A stretch of 64,000 nt of DNA from Nitrospinaceae bacterium. Its GTDB lineage: Bacteria > Nitrospinota > Nitrospinia > Nitrospinales > Nitrospinaceae. The notes under the pieces were generated by a model. That model searched no databases and had not been told where the DNA came from. It was given only the letters and a program-made list of their open reading frames with translations. The stretch lies in assembly GCA_965237905.1 (NCBI GenBank), contig OZ250172.1, positions 128,001 through 192,000 on the forward strand, written 5' to 3'. Each line of letters opens with the position of its first letter. Position 1 is the stretch's first letter. This document shows, in pieces, positions 39,319 through 49,078 of this stretch. The position numbers and the translations under genes were made by a program.

Positions 39319-39474
39319 TAAGGCGTCTTGTAAAAGGACTATCGGGTGACAACTCCAACCGGCTGTTCTCCGACTTCAGAAAAACTCGACAAAGAATTAC
39401 GAGGGGTTCTGGAAATCATTTCCAGACAACTAGTATCAGGCAATCGGACCTCATTCTCAAGTATTTTAGGATGG

Positions 39475-39981
39475 TTAAGCTTTTGATTTTAAATAGTTAT
39501 CAAAAAACAGATGAAATGTGGAGGTGAATTGGCCGGGATGGTTGTGAATAGACTCTTTTAGTTCAGGTATTAACCAAAACCGGCCTTCACTGATTTCCAG
39601 GAGGTTGATGGTGATTTTCTGATCGGTCGTGCATAGATAGGTTTCGACATGTTCCCAGTATGTTTCCCTGCTGGCAGGAAATTTCATAAAAAACTGCAAT
39701 TCCCCGGAAATTCCCAACTCCTCCATGAGCTCCCTATCGGCGCTCGTCCGGTAGTCCTCTCCTGCATTCACATGCCCCGCCGCCGAAGAATCCCAATAAC
39801 CCGGATTTTCATCCTTGGTCATGGCCCGTTTCTGAAGAAACAACTCTCCCCGGGAATTGAATACTAAAATATGTACGGAACGGTGCAACAGGCCTTTCGC
39901 ATGGACTTCTCCCCGGGCGGCTTGCCCAATGACTCGGTCCTCGGAATCCACCACATCAAATAATTCTGAGGAGTCATCCAT
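39475..39981 (-). CDS. NUDIX hydrolase (Idi-like subfamily)
   Basis: LHRSVHILVFN, LQKRA..K and GHV.AGE....A.REL.EELG motifs. Confidence 0.88.
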   Translation of the reverse strand: MDDSSELFDVVDSEDRVIGQAARGEVHAKGLLHRSVHILVFNSRGELFLQKRAMTKDENPGYWDSSAAGHVNAGEDYRTSADRELMEELGISGELQFFMKFPASRETYWEHVETYLCTTDQKITINLLEISEGRFWLIPELKESIHNHPGQFTSTFHLFFDNYLKSKA

Positions 39982-40030
39982 ACATTAAAGTTCAAAAGAA
40001 AAATTAGTGGCTACTGAGCGGCGGAAACAA

Positions 40031-41353
40031 TCAAGCGGTTTCCCGCATCGATTTCAAATAGCTGAGCTCATTGGGAATGTTTGTATCCTCGCAATAATTG
40101 TGATCGGCCAGGATTTGCAAGTCATCTAAAACGCGCTTGTCGCCTTCGAAGACTACCGTTTGATAACCCTTATCCGCCACCGCCCCGCCTGCCTGAAGCA
40201 GACTCATTACGGAACGGGCATTGAATTTTTCACCATCGACAATGAGAAAAGCGTCGGCGTCATAATTGCGCACGATCAGAGAAATATAGGTCGAAGGGCG
40301 GGCATGAAACCCTAAAGGAGTGGGAATGGATAATTCATATCGAACGGTCTTGACAAAATTTTTCAACAGTTCTTTGCCCAGCAAATCCCCTTCTCGAATA
40401 TAAAAAATACAGTTCTTGAAACAGAAATTCACTATTTGACTCAACAGCTCATCCTTGTTGACCAACGTGGAAATAATGTGTTTGCATTCCCCCTGGCGAA
40501 TTTCATCCTCGTGCCTCTCATAAAAATGGGTCAGCCAAATGGTGACTTCCAGCAAATGAAGCGGCATCGAAATATATCCACGAAAAGTTTTGAGTTCCTC
40601 GTATCTTTTCTGAATATAGGTTCCTTTGATATAGGTATCGAATTCGGATTGTACGCTATGGACCAAACTCATTACCATTCGTGCTTTTTTTTCATCGATG
40701 ATTTCAAGAACGATTCTTTTTAGATTTCCTTTCTTCTGCTGGACCCGTGCATTGATTTCCTCCATCATGCCGGCCACGTTACTCATTTTCTCGAACATAT
40801 CAATGATACGTTCTTCATCTTCCTTGATCTGCTCATCCTCGGCATTTTTGGGAAGCTGTTTGTTCACTTCGACCTCTGAAAACTGGTTTGGATCAACCGA
40901 TTCCTTGGAAAAGTTCAGATAATTTTTTTCGCCGGCGCGAAGGCATTCCTCATACAAGTTGAGAATGGACTGATTTAAAAAATCCGACACCTCCTGGGTT
41001 TCTTTGAAAAAACTTTCTTTTTTCTCCTCGGAATCCCGGAGGTTGTAAAAGGGATAACGGTCCACCAAATGCTTGATGTAAAAACCTGCAATGACCAGGT
41101 TCCGTATCGAAGCCACATACTCGGTAAAAAAGGACCATGTCTTGTTTTGCCGGGCGCCGTGCTCATCCATGAAGCTTTCCAGAAGTTCCGCTTGTTGAAT
41201 CAGATTGGAATAGCACTTACGGTTGGCATCGTGCCTTTTGTTGGGAAGCGATGCAAAGGAATTGAAGGTTTTGAAAAATTGGGCTCCCGCCTCTTCCACC
41301 AAAGGAAGAAATTCTTCTTCGGAAATGATCTGGATGAGCGATTTAGGTTCCAA
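40031..41353 (-). CDS. Large protein with a C-terminal HPr phosphocarrier domain
   Basis: GFHARPS (His15-type) and NARSVMSLL (Ser46-type) near the C-terminus, preceded by about 335 aa of helical unknown domain. Start uncertain. Confidence 0.8.
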   Translation of the reverse strand: MEPKSLIQIISEEEFLPLVEEAGAQFFKTFNSFASLPNKRHDANRKCYSNLIQQAELLESFMDEHGARQNKTWSFFTEYVASIRNLVIAGFYIKHLVDRYPFYNLRDSEEKKESFFKETQEVSDFLNQSILNLYEECLRAGEKNYLNFSKESVDPNQFSEVEVNKQLPKNAEDEQIKEDEERIIDMFEKMSNVAGMMEEINARVQQKKGNLKRIVLEIIDEKKARMVMSLVHSVQSEFDTYIKGTYIQKRYEELKTFRGYISMPLHLLEVTIWLTHFYERHEDEIRQGECKHIISTLVNKDELLSQIVNFCFKNCIFYIREGDLLGKELLKNFVKTVRYELSIPTPLGFHARPSTYISLIVRNYDADAFLIVDGEKFNARSVMSLLQAGGAVADKGYQTVVFEGDKRVLDDLQILADHNYCEDTNIPNELSYLKSMRETA

Positions 41354-41401
41354 GGGTGGATTCCATAATGATCCGGCCGATACCAGCCAACCGGAAGCGG
41401 T

Positions 41402-41944
41402 TCAATTCATCAAATTCCGGGCGACGAATGATTTGGGAAGATATTTCATCCAGCTTTCGACATGCGAGGTCGGACCCACGGGAACCACCAATTGGTGGAA
41501 ATTGAAATTTGGCCGGTCCGGTTTCTTGCCCAGCTTCATGTTGGCCTCCCGAGCCGTCCGGCTCCCCTTTTTCATGTTACAGGGTTTGCAGGCCACCACC
41601 ACATTGGTCCAGATGGTTTTCCCGCCGCGGGATTTCGGAATGACGTGATCCACGGTCAGGGGATATTCCCGGTCCCCGCAATACTGACAGGTAAAATTAT
41701 CTCTTCTCAATATATTTTTTTTGCTGAAGGAAATATTCTTTCGCACTTTGCGCTTGACCAGATTGAGCACACGAATCACCGTAGGCACTTGTAACGACAT
41801 CGAAGGGGATCGAACCACATAACCGTCGCACTCGATTTGCTCGGCGCGGCCGCTCAGTACCATCACAAGACCCCGCTTGGCGCTACAAAACTGCAACGGC
41901 TCGTAGGAATAATTGAGGATCAATATTTTTAAGGAATTCAACAT
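41402..41944 (-). CDS. HNH endonuclease (McrA-like)
   Basis: LILNYSYEPL, RDNFTCQYCG, TVDHVIPKSRGG and NVVVAC..CN.KKG motifs. Confidence 0.92.
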   Translation of the reverse strand: MLNSLKILILNYSYEPLQFCSAKRGLVMVLSGRAEQIECDGYVVRSPSMSLQVPTVIRVLNLVKRKVRKNISFSKKNILRRDNFTCQYCGDREYPLTVDHVIPKSRGGKTIWTNVVVACKPCNMKKGSRTAREANMKLGKKPDRPNFNFHQLVVPVGPTSHVESWMKYLPKSFVARNLMN

Positions 41945-42081
41945 GGTCGTTTAATTCACAAAGAAATTTGCACATCTTCGAAAACATAGAGTAAATCTTG
42001 TTGATTTTACTCTTACTCCCCTTGACCGTCAACATCCTCCGTTTTCCCGAATATCTCCTCGATAAGACGTAAATCGTTATT

Positions 42082-43500
42082 TTAAAAAAGGTTACCCACA
42101 CCCAAACGACCCTGCGGATCCAGCGATTTTTTGATTTTCCGCAATTCTCCAAGCGCCCGATCCCCGATCATTTTATGGTAATACTCCTTTTTCAACTTGC
42201 CGACGCCATGCTCAGCGGAAATGGTCCCCCCCCATTTTAAAACCTGATCCACCAAAATTTCATAAGTCTCCCGCGCCAGAGACATCTGTTTCGCATCCGG
42301 CAATAAATTAATGTGAAGATGATTATCTCCTATGTGACCAAACATAACGAAGTCCAGGCCGCTTCCAGTCAACGCATCCCGGTAAAACTCCATCATCTTC
42401 CGGAAATGCTCATCGTCCACTGCCATATCCGTTCCCATCTTGATTCGCCCCAGACGGGAGTTTTCTTCATTGATCATCAGGGGAATCTCGTGTCGGAAGT
42501 CGTAAAATTTTTCGATGTCCTTTGGCCCCTGTGCAAACCAGGAATCATCTAATAGAACCTTTTCCTGTTCCAAAAACTCATACCAGATTTCAAGACAAAG
42601 GTCATACTCCTCTTGACTGGCAACATCCTGCTCAAAAAATAGAGCGGCCTGGGCTTTCTCTGGTATGTTGCCGAATTTTTGTTTCAGGCGTTGCAAAGAC
42701 CGGCGATCAAAATATTCCAGCGAACACGGTGAAATTTTTGGTGCCTTGGATCCTCTGATTTTTTCCAGTAGCTCCCAACACACTTCCTCTTGTTCCATAA
42801 AAAGAATGCCGCTCAAAAAATCGGCAGGCGCTTTCAAAAGTTTCAGCGTGCATTCGATAAAAACGCACAGGGTTCCATCCGAACCGATAAATATATCCAG
42901 CCAGTCCATCCCTGGCTGAACGAAATAACCCGCCGCATTTTTACACTCTGGACTTTTAAAATTCACTGCAGGAAAGTTGACGGTGGACCCGTCGTCCAGT
43001 TGAAGAGGCCGGTCTATGGTATCCCCCCGGCGAACCGAGGCTGTCCGTCCGTCCGACAAAACAATATCGGCTTCAAGAACGAACTGGCGTGTGGTTCCGT
43101 ACTTGTAACTGCGGGCGCCGGAGGCATTGGTGGCCAGGGTCCCACCGATGGAGGCCAACCATTCGGTCGGATTGGGAGGATAAAACCAGCCGCTGCTTTT
43201 CAAATGGTCTCGCAGGTCTTGCAAAGTAACTGCCGGGCCGACCCGAATGGTGCCATCGATCACCGATTCCATTTTATTGAACCGCTCCAATGAAATCACG
43301 ACGCCACTCAAAGGAATGCGGGACGCCGTGAGTCCCGTACCAGCCCCCGCCAGTGTGACGGGACTTTCATTTTCCTTCAAATAGGCAACCAACTCCTCGC
43401 GGGTTTCGGGAATGATGACCTCGTTGGCCTGCCCTTCGGAAAAGTTGGAGGCGTCCTTGAGATAAGAAGCAATTGTTTCGGGATTGGTTTTTCTAAACAT
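42082..43500 (-). CDS. FAD-linked oxidoreductase (GlcD / D-2-hydroxyacid dehydrogenase family)
   Basis: GAGTGL, SIGGTLATNASG, GSDGTL, GHIGDNHLH and SAEHGVG motifs. Confidence 0.88.
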   Translation of the reverse strand: MFRKTNPETIASYLKDASNFSEGQANEVIIPETREELVAYLKENESPVTLAGAGTGLTASRIPLSGVVISLERFNKMESVIDGTIRVGPAVTLQDLRDHLKSSGWFYPPNPTEWLASIGGTLATNASGARSYKYGTTRQFVLEADIVLSDGRTASVRRGDTIDRPLQLDDGSTVNFPAVNFKSPECKNAAGYFVQPGMDWLDIFIGSDGTLCVFIECTLKLLKAPADFLSGILFMEQEEVCWELLEKIRGSKAPKISPCSLEYFDRRSLQRLKQKFGNIPEKAQAALFFEQDVASQEEYDLCLEIWYEFLEQEKVLLDDSWFAQGPKDIEKFYDFRHEIPLMINEENSRLGRIKMGTDMAVDDEHFRKMMEFYRDALTGSGLDFVMFGHIGDNHLHINLLPDAKQMSLARETYEILVDQVLKWGGTISAEHGVGKLKKEYYHKMIGDRALGELRKIKKSLDPQGRLGVGNLF

Positions 43501-43518
43501 GGGTTCAAAACCGCCTGG

Positions 43519-44124
43519 TCATCGCCGGGTGGATTCCATCAAGCCATCGGCTTGCGGGGGAAGGAAACCTTCGTAACCGTGGTGACGCTCAATCAATTCC
43601 AGTACCGTGTAAACTTGGCCGTTCTTCATCTCCGGCTTGGTAAACACCTGACGCAAATCCGTACCGGGATCACCGACCACTTGGCCCGCCACCTTAAACC
43701 CTCTTTTGCCAATCGCCTCAATGGCGGTATCGATCTCTTCGACGAGGATGGCGATATGGTGGAAACATTGATCCCCATGAGCCTTCACCCATCCGGGAAT
43801 CAGGCTTTTACCGCCCCGCTCGCCCTCATACGCCTGATCAATAAACAAGGCCGGGTATCCGGGTTTTCGGAACACTTTTGCCCACCAGTGATCGAATTCC
43901 AAAACCCCAATCTTTGCGTCGTAATGGAATCCGAGATCGATAAATTGTTTGGCTCGGGCATCGACATCCAAGGTCCGAATGGTGCAATGGTCCACCAGAG
44001 GCATCCACCCCGCGCCACAGCGGGTCAATTGATCCGCAAAATCCGCCGCCGCCCGGTTGCCTGCGAGAAACCGGCCAAGATAATCCTGCATCAACGGATC
44101 CAAGGCATCCATAACCCTACTCAT
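43519..44124 (-). CDS. VOC-superfamily metalloenzyme, DUF1338/HglS-like
   Basis: DHCTIRT, FHHIA and ELIER...EGF....ADGLMEST motifs. AGGA RBS before ATG 44124. Confidence 0.65.
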   Translation of the reverse strand: MSRVMDALDPLMQDYLGRFLAGNRAAADFADQLTRCGAGWMPLVDHCTIRTLDVDARAKQFIDLGFHYDAKIGVLEFDHWWAKVFRKPGYPALFIDQAYEGERGGKSLIPGWVKAHGDQCFHHIAILVEEIDTAIEAIGKRGFKVAGQVVGDPGTDLRQVFTKPEMKNGQVYTVLELIERHHGYEGFLPPQADGLMESTRR

Positions 44125-44281
44125 TGTCCTTATTCGAAGGGTTGTCGGTTTCGTCCTTCTCCCGTTTTTCATCGGGATTACCCGACGACGGACCCTGGTG
44201 AATAAACCCCGCATAGCGGAACATTACAACCACCAGGCTGATTAAAGCACCGATCACCACCACTATAATGATTAAGTCCAT
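44117..44281 (-). CDS. Small single-pass membrane protein (54 aa, below the ORF-track cutoff)
   Basis: Manual translation MDLIIIVVVIGALISLVVVMFRYAGFIHQGPSSGNPDEKREKDETDNPSNKDNE*. Stop overlaps the next start. Confidence 0.65.
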   Translation of the reverse strand: MDLIIIVVVIGALISLVVVMFRYAGFIHQGPSSGNPDEKREKDETDNPSNKDNE

Positions 44282-44395
44282 AAATCCGTCATCCTGATAA
44301 CTTTAAGTACCTATAGTTTACCACCAGCAATGAAAACCACCAAGATTCAGGGACATTATTATTTCCATTCGATCTCCTTTAATCTCTCCTTCGAC

Positions 44396-44424
44396 TTGAC
44401 ACCCTTTTGGGCCTTACGTATGCT
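44396..44424 (+). promoter_or_regulatory. Sigma70 promoter for the AAA ATPase operon
   Basis: TTGACA-17 nt-TATGCT, then an AAGGAG RBS. Confidence 0.6.
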
Positions 44425-44450
44425 GAGTTATAGCAAAGGAGAGTTCATTC

Positions 44451-45422
44451 ATGAAAGACGACGTTAGGGGTAGTGAAATCCATAACCAGAAGGTGACCAT
44501 CAACGGTGTGCAGTTGACGCTCAGCCAAGCGGACACGAGTGAAGTCACCTGGATCGGCCAGAGTGAAATCCTGAAGCAGGTTCTGGCCTGCTGGTTGGTG
44601 GTGGGAGAAAAAGACCTGCCGTTGGCTCCCCGGATTATCGGCATGCCCGGTATCGGCAAAACCACGCTCGCCATGGTCGGAGCGCGAACCCGCAAGCAAC
44701 CGCTGTACATTTTTCAATGCACCGCCGACACCCGGCCGGAGGATTTACTGGTCACCCCCGTGCTTTCCGAAGCGGGGACTATTTCTTACCATGCATCACC
44801 TTTAGTCACTGCCATGATCCAGGGGGGCATCTGCATCCTTGATGAAGGCAACCGAATGAACGAGAAGAGCTGGGCCTCGCTGGCGCCTTTGCTGGATCAT
44901 CGCCGCTATGTCGAATCCATCATTGCCGGCATACAGATTCATGCGCACCGGGAATTTCGCGCCGCCGTCACCATGAACAGCGACGAGTCCACCTTCGAAA
45001 TACCGGATTACATTCTGTCGCGCCTGCAACCCACCCTGCAATTGAAAATGCCTTCTCATCAAGACGAACTCTCCATATTGAAATACCATTTACCCTTCGC
45101 CGAAGAGGACTTGCTGAACATGACGGTCGAGTTCCTGCAACGCGCACATCAACTGGATCTCGATTTTTCACCACGCGACGGTCTTCATATCCTGCAATAC
45201 GCTCTCAAGCGAATGAGTCAGGATAGGGAGCACCCCCTCTCGAAAGACGAGTTCTGGCTGGAAGCGGTGGAAAAAGTACTCGGCGAGGAGGCCTTGAATC
45301 TGGATGAATTGGCCGAAAGGAAAAAGCGGGCGCTGGGTTCTGATAATCTGCCGATGGGTCTGGGTGATTTTTTCTTTGATGAAGACAGCCCTCTGCATCC
45401 GGACTCCGATCCCGACCGTTAA
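44451..45422 (+). CDS. MoxR-like AAA+ ATPase (AAA_5 type)
   Basis: Walker A GMPGIGKT, Walker B ILDEGNR, TMN sensor 1 and SPRD sensor 2. Confidence 0.85.
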   Translation: MKDDVRGSEIHNQKVTINGVQLTLSQADTSEVTWIGQSEILKQVLACWLVVGEKDLPLAPRIIGMPGIGKTTLAMVGARTRKQPLYIFQCTADTRPEDLLVTPVLSEAGTISYHASPLVTAMIQGGICILDEGNRMNEKSWASLAPLLDHRRYVESIIAGIQIHAHREFRAAVTMNSDESTFEIPDYILSRLQPTLQLKMPSHQDELSILKYHLPFAEEDLLNMTVEFLQRAHQLDLDFSPRDGLHILQYALKRMSQDREHPLSKDEFWLEAVEKVLGEEALNLDELAERKKRALGSDNLPMGLGDFFFDEDSPLHPDSDPDR

Positions 45423-45444
45423 ACCTCTTCTTCCGGAGTTTTAA

Positions 45445-47271
45445 GTGGCACATATTTTTGAACTCAGCGAAAAAGTTCAATTGCTTCCTGTGATTCACGG
45501 AAGCGGTAACTTCAGCCGTGAAGTCCGACAGAGGATTTTATCCTCAGGGTGTGATTGCCTGGCCGTCTGCCTGCCACCGGAATTTCAAACCACCGTCGAG
45601 CAGGGCCTCCAAAAACTTCCCTATATTTCCGTCAGCGCCCTGGAAGAGTCGGAGGGAACTTTGAGTTACGTTCCCATCGATCCCGTGCAACCCGTCATCA
45701 TGGCGCTTCGCATCGCTCAGCAGGAAGGCATTCCGCGAAAGTTCATCGACCTCAGCGTTCCTCACTATGAAGTGCGCCATATGGACTTCCCCGACTCTTT
45801 TGCTCTACATGGACTCTCTCTGGAAAAATTTGCCGTCGCCCTGTTGCCGTTCATCGAACGTCCACCCGCCAATAGCCAGCACGACCAGCGGTCGCGGTGG
45901 ATGGCGTACCAGTTGCATCAGTTGGAAATGGATTATTCAAAAGTCGTTCTTGTCTGTTCGGTTTTGGACTGGCCGTGGATCAAACAGGCGTACGACGAAC
46001 GTTCCAAGTATCCCAAGCCCGAGCTACCGGACGGACATCCGGCTTTATACGGGTTGGAACCCAATACTCTGTTTTTCGCTTTGAGCGAATTTCCCTATAT
46101 CACCTACCTGTACGAAAAAAACCGGCAGGAGTTGAAATCGGATCGGGGTGTGGCTATCGACGGCGTCAAGGAAATCATGTTGAAGGCACGGGAGAACTTT
46201 CTTGCCAAACATAAAGTTCGTTACCACAATTTGACGTCGCAGACATTTCAGATTTATCTGCAATATGTGCGCAACCTCACGCTCATGGAGCGTCGTCTGA
46301 CGCCTGATCTGTATACCCTGGTGGTTTCCGCGAAGCAGGTCGGAGGGGATGCATATGCTATTGCCTTGATGGAGGCCGCCCGCGATTATCCGTTTCAGAA
46401 AGAAGAGGCCGGAATGGACACGCTGGCAATGGGCATCGACCAGGCGGCACTGGATGACGATCAGGTCATCAACATGAGGAACCGGCTTAACGAAACTCAA
46501 TTCGAATGGCGGACTCTGGATCTGAAGCCCAATCCCGAACAGTTCAAACAGGAACAGTGGAAATACACCTGGAATCCGTATGGACAATGTTCCTGGCCGC
46601 CGGAAGATGAAAAGATCGAGAGCCTGAATACCCATGTCCGCGAGCAAACCAAACTTTTGCTGTCCAACGATTTGGCGCGCACCGAAAAATTCACCTCGTC
46701 GGTCAAAGACGGGATCGACATCCGGGACACGCTTCGCAACTGGCACACGGGCGATATCTACGTCAAAGAGATCCCTCCCTCGCGAGGCACCATCGAAGTG
46801 GTGGTCATGCTGTTTGAAATGGAACCCCAGCCGGATCGATACGTCTGGCGGCAAACCTGGTTCGCCGAGCATAAGGAAGAATCCACACTATGCTTTTTCG
46901 CCACGAACTATATGGATAACATGATCGGCCCGGGTATCGGCCAGGCCACCTATGGCGGTTGCATGATGATTTTCCCACCACGCCCGATACTCAACATCTG
47001 GGAGGACCCTCGCCTGCGCATGGGTCAAACACTGGAGGAAAAACTTCTGGAGGCGGCGTTTTTTCATTCCAAAGAGCGGCATATCACCGTCGTCTCTCCC
47101 GGACCGCCCAAAGCCGGCTGGCGGCGCATGGCGCGTCAGTACAAAAAGCGGATCATTCATATTCCACTCAAACGGTTTTCCGCTCAGACCATCGAAAAAG
47201 TCCGCCAGTTCCACGTGCTGAACGGCAAACACATCCGCTCCTTCGCCACCCGCTTCATTCAGGACATTTAA
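45445..47271 (+). CDS. Conserved hypothetical protein, partner of the MoxR ATPase
   Basis: 608-aa ORF starting 22 nt downstream of the ATPase, same strand. Confidence 0.8.
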   Translation: MAHIFELSEKVQLLPVIHGSGNFSREVRQRILSSGCDCLAVCLPPEFQTTVEQGLQKLPYISVSALEESEGTLSYVPIDPVQPVIMALRIAQQEGIPRKFIDLSVPHYEVRHMDFPDSFALHGLSLEKFAVALLPFIERPPANSQHDQRSRWMAYQLHQLEMDYSKVVLVCSVLDWPWIKQAYDERSKYPKPELPDGHPALYGLEPNTLFFALSEFPYITYLYEKNRQELKSDRGVAIDGVKEIMLKARENFLAKHKVRYHNLTSQTFQIYLQYVRNLTLMERRLTPDLYTLVVSAKQVGGDAYAIALMEAARDYPFQKEEAGMDTLAMGIDQAALDDDQVINMRNRLNETQFEWRTLDLKPNPEQFKQEQWKYTWNPYGQCSWPPEDEKIESLNTHVREQTKLLLSNDLARTEKFTSSVKDGIDIRDTLRNWHTGDIYVKEIPPSRGTIEVVVMLFEMEPQPDRYVWRQTWFAEHKEESTLCFFATNYMDNMIGPGIGQATYGGCMMIFPPRPILNIWEDPRLRMGQTLEEKLLEAAFFHSKERHITVVSPGPPKAGWRRMARQYKKRIIHIPLKRFSAQTIEKVRQFHVLNGKHIRSFATRFIQDI

Positions 47272-47419
47272 GCTTGAGGTGGGACTCCCTCTTTTAATTT
47301 GTTATACTTTTCAAGCAGTCTTGAGTCCTTGAAAATCCTTTCGCAGGCTTGCGTAATCTATTTCCTAACCGGCACTGATTTCTTACCCAACACCAATTCT
47401 GGATTCTCTTCCTTCACAC

Positions 47420-48991
47420 ATGGAAAACAATAAAAAGGTAAGCAGAGCGGCGGGGGCTGTGGGTTCGATGACGATGATCTCCCGGCTGTTTGGTTTCGTC
47501 CGCGATTTGGTGCTGGCGATGACCTTTGGAGCTTCTGCCTCGGCGGATGCTTTTTTCGTCGCGTTTCGTATTCCCAACATCCAGCGACGCATTCTCGGCG
47601 AGGGCGCGGTCAGCGCCGCCATGATCCCGGTGTATGGCGAATACCTGAATACCCAAAGCGAAGAAGAAACCCAAAACTTCGCTTCCAACCTGTTCAATAT
47701 CCAATTTACGGTTCTGGTCATAACTTCATTCGCGATTGTCACCTTCGCGCCTTTCCTGATCATGGCGTTTGCGCCGGGGTTTATGGATGAGCCCGACAAG
47801 TTTGAACTGACGGTAACTTTAACGCGGTGGATGGGGCCTTATCTGATTCTGGTGGGAATGAGCGCGTTCTGTATGGGTATTCTAAATACCCATGGTATTT
47901 TTAAACCCTCCGCCGCGGCGCCTATTCTGGTCAACATCTGCATGATCTTGGGCGCTCTGATTCTGTCTCCCTATCTGGAGCAACCAATCATGGGGCTGGC
48001 CATTGGTGTTCTTGTGGGAGGACTTTTACAATTTCTGGTGCAATTCCCGATCACCCTGCGCAACGGCTTGAAACTTTCGTCTCACTTCAATTGGAAACAT
48101 GCCGGCATCATCAAAGTCGGAAAGCTGTTGGGCCCGGCCATCCTGGGCTTCGGTGTTTATGAAATCAACCTGCTGGTCGACACGCTGTTGGCGTCCCTGC
48201 TAGCCGGCGGGTCCGTTTCCTATTTGTATTACGCTAACCGGATGGTGCAGTTGCCTCTTGGCGTTTTCGGCGTGGCGTTGGGGATAGCGATCCTGCCGAT
48301 GCTGACCGGGCAGGCGGCCCGGCAGGAAATTGAGGAGTTTCGCGACACCCTGGCGTTCGGTATCCGGTTGATCCTGTTTATTACCGTACCCGCTACGGTG
48401 GGGTTGATCCTTTTAAGTTTTCCGATCATCAATACCTTGTGGGAACGTGGCGAATTTTTACGGACCACCACCGAGGGCACCAGTCTGGCTTTGATTTATT
48501 ATTCGGTCGGGTTATGCGCATTTGCCGGAACTAAGGTGCTGGTTTCGGCCTTCTACTCGTTTCAGGACACCAAAACCCCGATGAAAATCGGAATCTATTC
48601 CATGTTACTTAATGTGACTCTCGCTATTATTTTGATGGGACCGCTCAAACACGGGGGCATCGCGCTGGCCACTTCCCTTTCCTCCATCTTCAACGCGGCG
48701 GCGCTAGTGTTTCTCATGAAGAAGAAATTGGGGCGCATGGGGGGACGCAGCATTGTGGGCTCCATGGTTCAATTGACGATCGCTGTCACCCTTATGGGAT
48801 TGGGCGTTTATTTTGCCAACGCATGGTGGTTCGACCCGCAGGCACCCCTGATCCAACGTATAGGAATTCTATTTGGAGAAATAACGCTGGGCGTGATTAT
48901 TTATATCTGCGCTTCCTGGCTGATGAAAAACGAGGAATTGAAATTTATCCACCAGCTGATCCGCGAAAAAAGAGGCCCCCGCCCCGCCTGA
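47420..48991 (+). CDS. murJ: Lipid II flippase
   Basis: SRLFGFVRD, DAFFVAFRIPN, EGA, YYANRMVQLPLG and DTKTP motifs. Confidence 0.95.
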   Translation: MENNKKVSRAAGAVGSMTMISRLFGFVRDLVLAMTFGASASADAFFVAFRIPNIQRRILGEGAVSAAMIPVYGEYLNTQSEEETQNFASNLFNIQFTVLVITSFAIVTFAPFLIMAFAPGFMDEPDKFELTVTLTRWMGPYLILVGMSAFCMGILNTHGIFKPSAAAPILVNICMILGALILSPYLEQPIMGLAIGVLVGGLLQFLVQFPITLRNGLKLSSHFNWKHAGIIKVGKLLGPAILGFGVYEINLLVDTLLASLLAGGSVSYLYYANRMVQLPLGVFGVALGIAILPMLTGQAARQEIEEFRDTLAFGIRLILFITVPATVGLILLSFPIINTLWERGEFLRTTTEGTSLALIYYSVGLCAFAGTKVLVSAFYSFQDTKTPMKIGIYSMLLNVTLAIILMGPLKHGGIALATSLSSIFNAAALVFLMKKKLGRMGGRSIVGSMVQLTIAVTLMGLGVYFANAWWFDPQAPLIQRIGILFGEITLGVIIYICASWLMKNEELKFIHQLIREKRGPRPA

Positions 48992-49078
48992 TTTTTTTAA
49001 CGAAACACCCTTGTGTTCTCTTCCCTGTTCCCTATAATGGGCCTCCCGAAAACAATAACCTGAACCAAGGAATAAAAA

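Noticed and set aside
41402..41944. HNH nuclease (and the EVE protein at 58262) as a defence system
   Set aside because: Both are common stand-alone families, lie far apart and sit among housekeeping genes, with no methylase or other defence genes adjacent.
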